Assembly (NCBI GenBank): GCA_045589035.1
Contig: JAZNFJ010000062.1
Coordinates: 1 to 21,298 of the forward strand
Reading direction: 5' to 3'
DNA from: Candidatus Avilachnospira sp.
GTDB taxonomy: Bacteria > Bacillota > Clostridia > Oscillospirales > Oscillospiraceae
DNA: 21,298 nucleotides
Of the stretch, positions 7,399 to 15,334 are shown one piece after another. The position numbers and the translations under genes are program-made. Under the pieces are notes generated by a model. The model made no database searches. It was not told where the DNA came from and saw only the letters and a program-made list of their open reading frames with translations. Numbering within the stretch: the first letter of the stretch is position 1; each line of letters begins with the position of its first letter.

Positions 7399-7405
7399 GT
7401 TATGA

Positions 7406-9184
7406 TTATTCTTCTTCGGCCACGATGGCGATGTGCAGTTCGTCCAGCTGCTTCTGGGAAACAGCGGAGGGAGCATCCATCATGACATCCTGTGCCTTCT
7501 GGTTCATGGGGAAGGTGATGACTTCGCGGATGGACTCTTCGCCGCTGAGCAGCATGATCATACGGTCGATGCCGGGGGCAGCGCCTGCATGGGGAGGTGC
7601 GCCGTAGGTGAATGCATTGTACATGGCGGGGAACTTGGCCTTCACATCGGCCTCGCCCAGACCGACCATCTGGAAGGCCTTGACCATGATCTCGGGGCGG
7701 TGGTTACGGACAGCACCGGAAGCGGTTTCGTAGCCGTTGACCACCAGATCGTACTGCTGTGCGTTGATGGTCAGCAGCTTTTCGGTGTTGCCTTCTGCCT
7801 CTTCCAGAGCAGCCAGACCGCCGCTGGGCATGGAGAAGGGGTTGTGGCAGAATTCCAGTTCACCGGACTCTTCACCGATCTCGTACATGGGGAAGTCCAC
7901 GATCCAGCACATGGCGTACTGCTCTTCGTCGAAGTGACCGGAGACGCGCTTGCCCAGCATGGTACGGGCGACGCCTGCGGTTTTCTGGGCTGCGGACTTC
8001 TTGCCGGCTGCCATGACCACAAAGCTGCCGGGCTTCAGACCCAGAGCGGCCTTGAAGGCATCGGCCCGCTCCAGCAGGAACTTGGAGATGCCGCCGGTCA
8101 GCTCACCGTTTTCGTCCACCTTGACCCAGCAGATCTTGTTGCCGGTCTGCACTTCCACATTGGTCAGCAGCTTGTCGATCCACTTTCTGGCCTGGGTGAA
8201 GTCATGGACCACAACGGCCTTGACGCAGGGGCTGTCGAAGGGGCCGAAACCGCAGCCCTTGACCACTTCGGTCACATCCTGCAGTTCCAGATCCACGCGC
8301 AGATCGGGCTTGTCGGAGCCGTAGCGCTCCATGGCTTCGTTGAAGGGCAGGCGGAGCAGGGGACCCTGAGAAACGCGCTTGCCGAACTTGCCGAACTTTT
8401 CAAAAATGGGGATTAGGACTTCTTCCAGCGTGGTCAGGACGTCATCCTGGCTGGCGAAGGCCATTTCCATATCCAGCTGATAGAATTCGCCGGGGGTGCG
8501 GTCGCCGCGGGCATCCTCATCGCGGAAGCAGGGTGCGATCTGGAAGTAGCGGTCGAAGCCGGAGGTCATCAGCAGCTGCTTGAACTGCTGGGGAGCCTGG
8601 GGAAGAGCATAGAACTTTCGGGGGTGCTTTCTGGCGGGAACCAGATAGCCGCGGGCGCCCGCGGGGCTGGAAGCCGTCAGAATGGGGGTGGTGATCTCCA
8701 GGAAGTTCTTGGCGGTCATGGCAGCGCGGATGGCAGCCACCACCTGGCAGCGGAGAATGATGTTGCTCTTGACGGCGGGATTACGCAGATCCAGATAGCG
8801 GTGCTTCAGACGCAGGGCTTCTTCGGCATCGCGGCTGCGGTTGATCTCAAAGGGCAGTTCGTTGTGGATGCAGGTGCCCAAGACTTCGATCTTGGTGGGG
8901 ACCACTTCCACATCACCGGTGGCCTGCTTGGGGTTCTTGCTGGCACGCTCGCGGACAACGCCTTCCACGGAAATGGTGGTTTCCTTGTTGAGGGGCTTGA
9001 TGGCGTTCATCATGTCCTCGGTTTCAATGACCACCTGGGTGGTGCCGTAGAAGTCACGGACGACCACAAAGGCGAAATTTGCGCCGACGGCACGGACATT
9101 TTCCATCCAGCCGCAGATCTTCACATTCTGACCCACATGCTCCATGCGGAGTTCGTTGCAGGTATGGGTACGGTTTTGCATCAT
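7406..9184 (-). CDS. aspS: Aspartate--tRNA ligase (bacterial type)
   Basis: 592 aa with an N-terminal OB anticodon-binding domain, ...[28 protein letters not shown]... (class II motif 2), a GAD insertion and ...[19 protein letters not shown] (motif 3). Confidence 0.95.
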   Translation of the reverse strand: [592 protein letters not shown]

Positions 9185-9205
9185 AATATTTGCTTCCTTT
9201 CGGTA

Positions 9206-10558
9206 TTATTCTACAATGACTTTGCCGCTGTTCTTTTCTGCCAGACCTTCCTTGATGAGGTTGGCGGCTTCGGCGGCGGAAACGGTGACCTGTTCGCCCT
9301 TGGTCAGATCCTTCACGGAGCAGGCGCCGGCATTGATCTCGTCTTCGCCAAGGAATACGGCATAGGGGATACCCAGCTTGTCGGCATAGGACATCTTGGC
9401 CTTGAACTTCTTCTGCTCGAAGTACAGCTGCACGCGAATACCCTGTGCACGCAGATCCGTTGCCAGACGGATGGCGGGTGCCAGATCTTCGGTCATGGGC
9501 AGCACCAGCACATCGGCAGGAGCGGTGTTCAGGTTCTCGTTGAGCATCTTCTGCTCACCCAGCACATGGAACAGGCGGGTCAGACCGATGGAGATGCCAA
9601 CACCGGGCAGCTGCTTGTCGATATAATACTCCGCCAGATTGTCGTAACGACCGCCGGAGCAGATGGAACCGATTTCGGGGTGATCCAGCATGCAGGTTTC
9701 ATAGACCGTACCGGTGTAGTAGTCCAGACCTCTTGCGATGGTCAGATCCACAGCGAAGTTTTCCTGGGGAACACCGAAGGCGGACAGGTACTTGACCACG
9801 GTGTTCAGTTCATCCAGACCCAGATCGAACAGTTCGTTCCGTCCGCGGTAGCCTTCCAACTGTTCCAGCACGGCTTCGTTGGTGCCGGTGATCTGGGTGA
9901 AGCGGAGAATCTCACCTGCGTTTTCCACGGAAATGTCCAGATCTTCCACCAGCAGGGCATGGACCTTGTCGGGACCGATTTTTTCCAGCTTGTCCACGGT
10001 GCGCATGATGTCGCCGGATTTTTCCGTCAGACCCAGCATGGCATAGAAGCCGCTGAGGATCTTGCGGTTGTTGACACGGATCTGGAACCGGTTCAGACCC
10101 AAAGTGGTGAAGGTCTGGTAGATGATGGCGGGGATTTCGGCTTCGTTGACGATATCCAACTTGCCGTCACCGATGATGTCGATATCCGCCTGATAGAATT
10201 CGCGGAAACGGCCTCTCTGTGCCCGTTCGCCGCGGTAGACCTTGCCGATCTGGTAGCGGCGGAAGGGGAAAGACAGTTCACCGTAGTGGATGGCCACATA
10301 CTTTGCCAGAGGAACGGTCAGATCGAAGCGCAGAGCCAGATCGCTGTCGCCCTTCTGGAAGCGGTAGATCTGCTTTTCGGTTTCGCCGCCGCCCTTAGCC
10401 AGCAGAACATCGGCTGCTTCGATGGCAGGGGTGTCCAGCGGGGTGAAACCGTAGCGGCTGTAGGTGCTGCGCAGGACTTCCATGATCCGCTCCATTTGCA
10501 CCTGCGGTGCAGGCAGCAGCTCCATGAAGCCGGAGAGGGTTCTGGGTTTGATTGCCAT
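9206..10558 (-). CDS. hisS: Histidine--tRNA ligase
   Basis: 450 aa with ...RFDLTVPLAKYV...FRRYQIGKVYRGERAQRGRFREFYQADIDIIG... (HisRS motifs), ...CSGGRYDNL... and a C-terminal anticodon-binding domain. aspS follows 21 nt downstream, consistent with a hisS-aspS operon. Confidence 0.95.
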   Translation of the reverse strand: MAIKPRTLSGFMELLPAPQVQMERIMEVLRSTYSRYGFTPLDTPAIEAADVLLAKGGGETEKQIYRFQKGDSDLALRFDLTVPLAKYVAIHYGELSFPFRRYQIGKVYRGERAQRGRFREFYQADIDIIGDGKLDIVNEAEIPAIIYQTFTTLGLNRFQIRVNNRKILSGFYAMLGLTEKSGDIMRTVDKLEKIGPDKVHALLVEDLDISVENAGEILRFTQITGTNEAVLEQLEGYRGRNELFDLGLDELNTVVKYLSAFGVPQENFAVDLTIARGLDYYTGTVYETCMLDHPEIGSICSGGRYDNLAEYYIDKQLPGVGISIGLTRLFHVLGEQKMLNENLNTAPADVLVLPMTEDLAPAIRLATDLRAQGIRVQLYFEQKKFKAKMSYADKLGIPYAVFLGEDEINAGACSVKDLTKGEQVTVSAAEAANLIKEGLAEKNSGKVIVE

Positions 10559-10580
10559 GGTATCAAATTCCTTTCAGTGG

Positions 10581-10614
10581 TAAAAATGGACAATGGACAT
10601 GGTCCATTGTCCAT
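10581..10614 (-). terminator. Strong intrinsic-terminator-like hairpin between the MGS-like gene and hisS
   Basis: On the minus strand: 13-bp perfect stem ATGGACAATGGAC/GTCCATTGTCCAT with a 3-nt loop, followed by TTTTTA. It lies 14 nt after the upstream stop codon, and its 3' end lies ~27 nt before the hisS ATG. Confidence 0.6.
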
Positions 10615-10628
10615 AGAACATACGAATG

Positions 10629-11045
10629 TTAACGCAGGGTGCGCTTGGGACGGACCATCTCTCTCCAATCCAGATCGCCCCGCTGCAGACCGAGAATCAG
10701 CATTTCTGCGGAGGCCAGATTGGTGGCGCAGGGGACATTGTAGCTGTCGCACAGATGGATGGTCTGAATCACTCTCTGATCTTCCCAGGGATCGTTGCCG
10801 TTGGGATCGGAGAACAGGATCACCATATCGATTTCATTATAAGCGATGCGCACATCCACCTGCTGATGTCCGCCCTGATGGCTGGACAGGAAGGTGGATA
10901 CGGGCAGACCGGTGGCATCGGTGACCAGACGGCCGGTGGTGGCGGTGGCAGAGAGGTTGTGTTTTGCCAGAATGCTCTTATAAGCAGTGCAGAACTGCAC
11001 CATCAATTCTTTCTTTTTATCGTGAGCCATCAAAGTAATATTCAT
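10629..11045 (-). CDS. Methylglyoxal synthase-like (MGS fold) protein with substituted catalytic residues
   Basis: 138 aa. MNITLMAHDKKKELMVQF...SATATTG...SSHQGGHQQV...LFSDPNGNDPWEDQ...NVPCATN aligns along its length with MgsA. However, E. coli MgsA D71, H98 and D101 correspond here to H60, W87 and Q90. SD GAGG lies 7 nt upstream. Confidence 0.85.
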   Translation of the reverse strand: MNITLMAHDKKKELMVQFCTAYKSILAKHNLSATATTGRLVTDATGLPVSTFLSSHQGGHQQVDVRIAYNEIDMVILFSDPNGNDPWEDQRVIQTIHLCDSYNVPCATNLASAEMLILGLQRGDLDWREMVRPKRTLR

Positions 11046-11076
11046 ACATATACCTCATCAAGTCGGGTCGGCACGG

Positions 11077-11820
11077 TTACAACTTCAAAAGCGGAACTTT
11101 CTGCCCCATAAGCCGTAAAGCGATATGGCGGCAGGCTTCGGCGGCATTTTTCTTGCCGGAAGCTTGTTTATACAAAGGCTTGCCTTTGCCGGCGGCAAGA
11201 GGCACGGCCTCGTCATCGGGAACAATGCCCAGAAGGGGCAGGCCTACCGTATCCATGCAGTCATCCACTGTGAAGCGGAGTTTCTTAAAAAACTGACGGC
11301 GGATGCGATTGACGATTAGTTTGGGCTGGGCCTTGGAAAGCAGTTCCATGGACTGGGCGGTTCTGGCACCGTCCCGGAGGGAGGCAGGATCTGCATTGCA
11401 GACCACCAGAGCTGTATCTGCCCAACGGACAGCCAGCCGGAAGCCTTCACCCACACCGGCAGGTGCATCGATGAAGCACCAGTCATATGTACTGCGTGCC
11501 TGTTCCAGCAGCAGGCGGAAGGATTCTTTGTCCAGATCCTCCGGCTGCGCCATCACCGGCGCGGTGAGGAAGTGGAGATTGGGGTTCAGGGGATGCACCG
11601 TGGCTCTGGACAGAGGATAGATCCCAGCCATCACATCGGTGAAGGGAATCACAGGTTCCTGGGCAAGACCCAGGGAAATGTCCAGGTTTCGCAAGCCAAT
11701 ATCGGCATCGATGCAAAGGACTTTCTGACCGGCTGCCGCAAGCGCCATGGACACTGCCGCGCATACGGAAGTTTTGCCCGTACCGCCCTTGCCGGAAACA
11801 ACTGCCAGTACCTGACCCAA
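11077..11820 (-). CDS. MinD/ParA-family P-loop ATPase (MinD-like, orphan)
   Basis: It has the deviant Walker A VVSGKGGTGKTS, IDADIGLRNLD (switch I) and FIDAPAGVG (switch II). I prefer the TTG start at 11820 because SD GGAGGG lies 7 nt upstream, giving MGQVLAVVSGKGG. The track start at 11835 (TTG) has no usable SD spacing. The protein ends ...RLMGQKVPLLKL with no obvious amphipathic membrane-targeting tail. Confidence 0.85.
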   Translation of the reverse strand: MGQVLAVVSGKGGTGKTSVCAAVSMALAAAGQKVLCIDADIGLRNLDISLGLAQEPVIPFTDVMAGIYPLSRATVHPLNPNLHFLTAPVMAQPEDLDKESFRLLLEQARSTYDWCFIDAPAGVGEGFRLAVRWADTALVVCNADPASLRDGARTAQSMELLSKAQPKLIVNRIRRQFFKKLRFTVDDCMDTVGLPLLGIVPDDEAVPLAAGKGKPLYKQASGKKNAAEACRHIALRLMGQKVPLLKL

Positions 11821-11854
11821 GCCGCAACCCTCCAATCACCCCATTTTAAGCTAT

Positions 11855-11883
11855 ATTATAATCTCAAATGACTGTAAATTCAA
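11855..11883 (-). promoter_or_regulatory. Candidate sigma-70 promoter for the MinD-like/MGS-like operon
   Basis: On the minus strand: TTGAAT (11878-11883), 17-nt spacer, TATAAT (11855-11860). Confidence 0.5.
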
Positions 11884-11924
11884 GATATTCTTGGAGAATT
11901 TTTCTGGTTTAGGCCGGTATTTGC

Positions 11925-11953
11925 TTGCAAAAAACTGACCCGGGACTTATAAT
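11925..11953 (+). promoter_or_regulatory. Candidate sigma-70 promoter for greA
   Basis: TTGCAA (11925-11930), 17-nt spacer, TATAAT (11948-11953). Confidence 0.5.
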
Positions 11954-11979
11954 ACCCCTGGAAATGAGGGAAGAATGAT

Positions 11980-12477
11980 ATGTACAACGAACTGACGGCC
12001 CAGGACATTGCCATTATGGAGCAGGAACTGCAGGAGAAAAGACTGAAGGAACTGCCGGAAGCCATTGAGGAAGTCAAGCGCACCCGCGCCTTTGGCGACC
12101 TTTCGGAAAACTATGAATATAAGGCTGCCAAGCAGGTGCAGAATGCGCTGAAAAAGCGTATCCGCTATCTGGAACGGATGATCAAATCCGCCACGGTCAT
12201 TGAGGATTCTTATGGCGACGATCAGGTGGGTCTGTTCGATGAAGTGGAGCTGTATCTGGAAGAGGATGACGATACGGAAACCGTGCAGGTGGTCACCACC
12301 GTCCGCTGCGATCCCCTCAAAGGCCGCATCAGTAAGGAATCTCCCATGGGCAAGACCCTTCTGGGCAAACGGGTGGGTGACCGGTTTCGGGTAGAGGTTT
12401 CCGACACTTATTCCTACCATGCGGTGGTCAAGTCCATCACCAAGGGTCAGGACGACGGCACAGCCCCGATTTTATAA
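11980..12477 (+). CDS. greA: Transcription elongation factor GreA
   Basis: 165 aa with an N-terminal coiled coil carrying ...AFGDLSENYEYKAAK... (the acidic tip motif) and a C-terminal FKBP-like domain ...ISKESPMGKTLLGKRVGD.... Confidence 0.93.
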   Translation: MYNELTAQDIAIMEQELQEKRLKELPEAIEEVKRTRAFGDLSENYEYKAAKQVQNALKKRIRYLERMIKSATVIEDSYGDDQVGLFDEVELYLEEDDDTETVQVVTTVRCDPLKGRISKESPMGKTLLGKRVGDRFRVEVSDTYSYHAVVKSITKGQDDGTAPIL

Positions 12478-12508
12478 GAAAAAAGTCCCGTTTTTTCTGA
12501 AAAATCTC

Positions 12509-12537
12509 TTTACAATCCGGGATTCTTATGTTATCTT
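12509..12537 (+). promoter_or_regulatory. Candidate promoter for rpsO
   Basis: TTTACA (12509-12514), 17-nt spacer, TGt-TATCTT (extended -10, 12532-12537). Confidence 0.45.
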
Positions 12538-12676
12538 AATCAAGCTGGCTTACTATGGTCAGCAGAAATCCGTCCCTTTTCTCAGTTTCGGGAGACAGCC
12601 CGGTTTTTACACAGGCACTCTACCGTACCCGATACTTAGAAACGCGGACAAAATATTTTGAAAGGTGGAAATTACC
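12538..12676 (+). promoter_or_regulatory. rpsO 5' leader (~130 nt), possible S15 autoregulatory structure
   Basis: The untranslated leader between the candidate promoter and the SD (AAAGGTGG) is long. It contains CGGG-agacag-CCCG followed by GTTTTT. S15 autoregulation through leader structures is established in other bacteria; the fold here is not verified. Confidence 0.3.
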
Positions 12677-12943
12677 ATGATCCGTAAGGAAGAAAAGACT
12701 GCTGTTATTGCAGCAAACGCAACCCACGAAGGCGACACCGGTTCTCCCGAAGTCCAGATCGCCATCCTCACCGCTCGTATCAACGAGCTGACTGAGCACC
12801 TGCGTGTTCACAAGCACGACAACCACTCCCGCCGTGGCCTGCTGATGATGGTCGGTAAGCGCCGCAAGATGCTGGACTATCTGGCAAAGAAGGACATCAA
12901 CCGCTATCGTACCCTCATTGCCAAGCTGGGCATCCGTAAGTAA
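12677..12943 (+). CDS. rpsO: 30S ribosomal protein S15
   Basis: 88 aa from the ATG at 12677: [69 protein letters not shown].... The track start at 12665 is a GTG inside the SD region. Confidence 0.95.
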   Translation: MIRKEEKTAVIAANATHEGDTGSPEVQIAILTARINELTEHLRVHKHDNHSRRGLLMMVGKRRKMLDYLAKKDINRYRTLIAKLGIRK

Positions 12944-12955
12944 TTTGTATCCCTT

Positions 12956-12987
12956 GATGGGCAGACACCTCGTCTGCCCATCTTTTT
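12956..12987 (+). terminator. Intrinsic terminator/attenuator after rpsO
   Basis: 11-bp perfect stem GATGGGCAGAC/GTCTGCCCATC with loop ACCTC, followed by TTTTT. Confidence 0.85.
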
Positions 12988-13113
12988 GAAAGTCCGCTTC
13001 CGCATGTGGACCGCTTTAGCAGTTGAAAGAGCCGCCTGCTTTGGACAAGCCGCTGTTTCAAGTGCTAAAACCCCCATGCGGGAGCCCCACCAATACGACA
13101 AGGAGGTTTCCAA

Positions 13114-15237
13114 ATGATTACCAGAAAGCAGTATCCCAATCATCGTATCTACGAAACCGAGATCGGCGGCCGTACCTTTACCGTTGAGATCGGCAAGGTT
13201 GCCGAACTGGCCAATGCCGAGTGCATCTGCCGTTACGGCGACACTGTGGTTCTGACCACCTGCACCTGCAACCCCATTCCCAAGGCCGGTATCGACTACT
13301 TCCCTCTGACCATCGAGTTTGAAGAGAGAATGTACTCCGTGGGCCGCATCCCCGGCTCCTTCAACCGCCGCGAGGGCAAGCCCTCCGAGCGCGGTATTCT
13401 GAACAGCCGTATCATCGACCGTCCCATGCGTCCTCTGTTTGACGAAGAACTGCGTAACGACACCGTCGTCACCTGCACCGTCATGGTCAACGATCACGAG
13501 AACCCCGTGGAGATCGTCGCTTCCCTGGGCGCTTCCATCGCCATCGCTACTTCCGATGTGCCCTGGAACGGTCCCGTTGCTACCACCAATGTGGCCTATG
13601 TGGACGGCAAGTATATCGTCAACCCCTCTGCTGAAGAGCGCGATGCCTGCTCCTGCTTCGTCTGCATCTCCTCTACCTTCGAGAAGGTCGTCATGATCGA
13701 GACCGAAGCCAACGAAGCTCCCGAAGACATCGTCTACGAGTGCATCCGTGTTGCCCACGAGACCAACATGGAGATCGTCAAGTTCATCAACACCATCGTG
13801 GACGAGATCGGCAAGCCCAAGTTCACCTTCGAAAAGGCTGCCGTCAACCACGATCTGCTGGATGATCTGATCAACTACGGTCTGGGCCAGATCGAGTATG
13901 CGCTGGACACCGATGACAAGAACATCCGCGAAGAGCGTCTGACTGCTGCCCGTGTGGACTTCGCCGAGAAGTTCGCCGAGAAGTACGAAGACTTCGAGAC
14001 CCACATTGAGGTCTGCCTGTACAAGATGCAGAAGAAGGTCGTCAAGAAGTGGCTGCTGGAAGGCAAGCGCGTGGATGGCCGCGGCATGGATGAGATCCGT
14101 CCTCTGGATGCCGAAGTCGGCATTCTGCCCAGAGTTCATGGCTCCGGCCTGTTCTCCCGTGGTCAGACCCAGGTCCTGTCCATCTGCACCTTGAACACCC
14201 TGTCCGCTGCCCAGAAGCTGGATACCATCTATCCCGAAGAGGGCAAGCGCTATATCCACCACTACAACTTCCCCTCCTTCTCCACCGGCGAAGCAAGAGC
14301 TGCCCGCTCCACTTCCCGTCGTGAGATCGGTCACGGCGCTCTGGCCGAAAAGGCTCTGCTGCCCGTGATCCCCTCTGTGGAAGAATTCCCCTATGCCATC
14401 CGCGTGGTGTCTGAAGTTCTGTCCTCCAACGGCTCTACTTCCCAGGGCTCCATCTGCGGCTCTACTCTGGCTCTGATGGATGCCGGTGTTCCCATCCGCC
14501 GTCCTGTTGCAGGTATTTCCTGCGGCCTGATCACCGATCAGGAGACCGGCGTGTGGAGAACCTTCACTGACATTCAGGGCGTGGAAGACTTCCACGGCGA
14601 AATGGACTTCAAGGTTGCCGGTACCACCGAGGGTATCACCGCCATCCAGATGGACCTGAAGAACAAGGGTCTGACCATGGAAATCGTTGCCGATGCTCTG
14701 GAGCGCTGCCGCAAGGCTCGTCTGGAGATCCTCAGCGAAGTCATGCTGCCCTGCATCTCCGAGCCTCGCGCTGAAGTCAGCGAGTTCGCTCCCAAGATGA
14801 TCTCCATGAAGATCGATCCCGACAAGATCCGCGAAGTCATCGGCTCCGGCGGCAAGACCATCCAGAAGATCTGCGCCGATACCGGTGCTAAGGTCGATAT
14901 CGAGGACGATGGCTCTGTGTTCATCTCCGCTGTGGACTCCGCTGCCGCTTACGCCGCCAAGAAGATGATCGACGACATCTGCTTCGTCCCCGAAGTCGGC
15001 AAGCTGTACTTTGGTAAGGTCGTCCGCATCCTGCCCATCGGCGCATTTGTGGAACTGGCTCCCGGCAAGGACGGTCTGGTCCACATCTCCAAGCTGGAGA
15101 ACCGCCGCGTGGAAAAGGTTGAAGATGTCCTGAACATCGGCGACATGACCTGGGTCAAGGTCATGGAGATCGACGAAAAGGGCCGCGTGAACCTGTCCCG
15201 CAAGGATGCCATGAAGGAAATGGAAGGCAACCAGTAA
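13114..15237 (+). CDS. pnp: Polyribonucleotide nucleotidyltransferase (PNPase)
   Basis: 707 aa with two RNase PH domains, KH (...IREVIGSGGKTIQKI...) and S1 (...GKVVRILPIGAFVELAPGKDGLVHIS...). SD AAGGAGG lies upstream. It sits in the conserved rpsO-pnp arrangement. Confidence 0.97.
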   Translation: MITRKQYPNHRIYETEIGGRTFTVEIGKVAELANAECICRYGDTVVLTTCTCNPIPKAGIDYFPLTIEFEERMYSVGRIPGSFNRREGKPSERGILNSRIIDRPMRPLFDEELRNDTVVTCTVMVNDHENPVEIVASLGASIAIATSDVPWNGPVATTNVAYVDGKYIVNPSAEERDACSCFVCISSTFEKVVMIETEANEAPEDIVYECIRVAHETNMEIVKFINTIVDEIGKPKFTFEKAAVNHDLLDDLINYGLGQIEYALDTDDKNIREERLTAARVDFAEKFAEKYEDFETHIEVCLYKMQKKVVKKWLLEGKRVDGRGMDEIRPLDAEVGILPRVHGSGLFSRGQTQVLSICTLNTLSAAQKLDTIYPEEGKRYIHHYNFPSFSTGEARAARSTSRREIGHGALAEKALLPVIPSVEEFPYAIRVVSEVLSSNGSTSQGSICGSTLALMDAGVPIRRPVAGISCGLITDQETGVWRTFTDIQGVEDFHGEMDFKVAGTTEGITAIQMDLKNKGLTMEIVADALERCRKARLEILSEVMLPCISEPRAEVSEFAPKMISMKIDPDKIREVIGSGGKTIQKICADTGAKVDIEDDGSVFISAVDSAAAYAAKKMIDDICFVPEVGKLYFGKVVRILPIGAFVELAPGKDGLVHISKLENRRVEKVEDVLNIGDMTWVKVMEIDEKGRVNLSRKDAMKEMEGNQ

Positions 15238-15247
15238 TCGAAAAACA

Positions 15248-15285
15248 AAGAGGTCAGGCGAAAGCCTGACCTCTTGATTCTTTTT
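15248..15285 (+). terminator. Intrinsic terminator after pnp
   Basis: 12-bp perfect stem AAGAGGTCAGGC/GCCTGACCTCTT with a GAAA loop, followed by a T-rich tract. Confidence 0.85.
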
Positions 15286-15301
15286 GTTTGTGCTGTATAA
15301 T
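15274..15301 (+). promoter_or_regulatory. Candidate promoter for the VOC gene
   Basis: TTGATT (15274-15279), 16-nt spacer, TATAAT (15296-15301). It overlaps the 3' arm of the pnp terminator. Confidence 0.4.
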
Positions 15302-15334
15302 AAAAGTACCATAAAACACAAAGGAGAGTTGACT

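Noticed and set aside
6850-7405. tRNA, RNase P RNA, tmRNA or CRISPR array in the ORF-free block
   Set aside because: There is no GGTTCGAATCC-type T-loop, no GGAAAGTCCGGGC P4 motif, and no regularly spaced direct repeats.
6860-7485. 79-149-aa ORFs in the jag/aspS noncoding block
   Set aside because: They have no SD and are low-complexity P/A/S/C-rich translations crossing hairpins and the aspS terminator. They look like typical mistranslated repeat DNA.
10559-10628. T-box leader for hisS-aspS
   Set aside because: Only 70 nt are available and there is no T-box consensus (AANNNGGGTGGTACCGCG-like). The absence is reported as a finding instead.
8624-10924. 766-aa ORF on the + strand spanning the antisense of aspS, hisS and the MGS-like gene
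   Set aside because: It has a G/H/D/V/Q-rich, low-information composition and no SD or promoter, and it exactly shadows three well-supported minus-strand genes. Such stop-free antisense frames are expected where sense codons are GC3-biased (few TTA/CTA/TCA).
11077-11835. Calling the ATPase a bona fide minD of a Min system
   Set aside because: No minC or minE flanks it and the C-terminal amphipathic helix appears absent. I kept it as MinD-family only.
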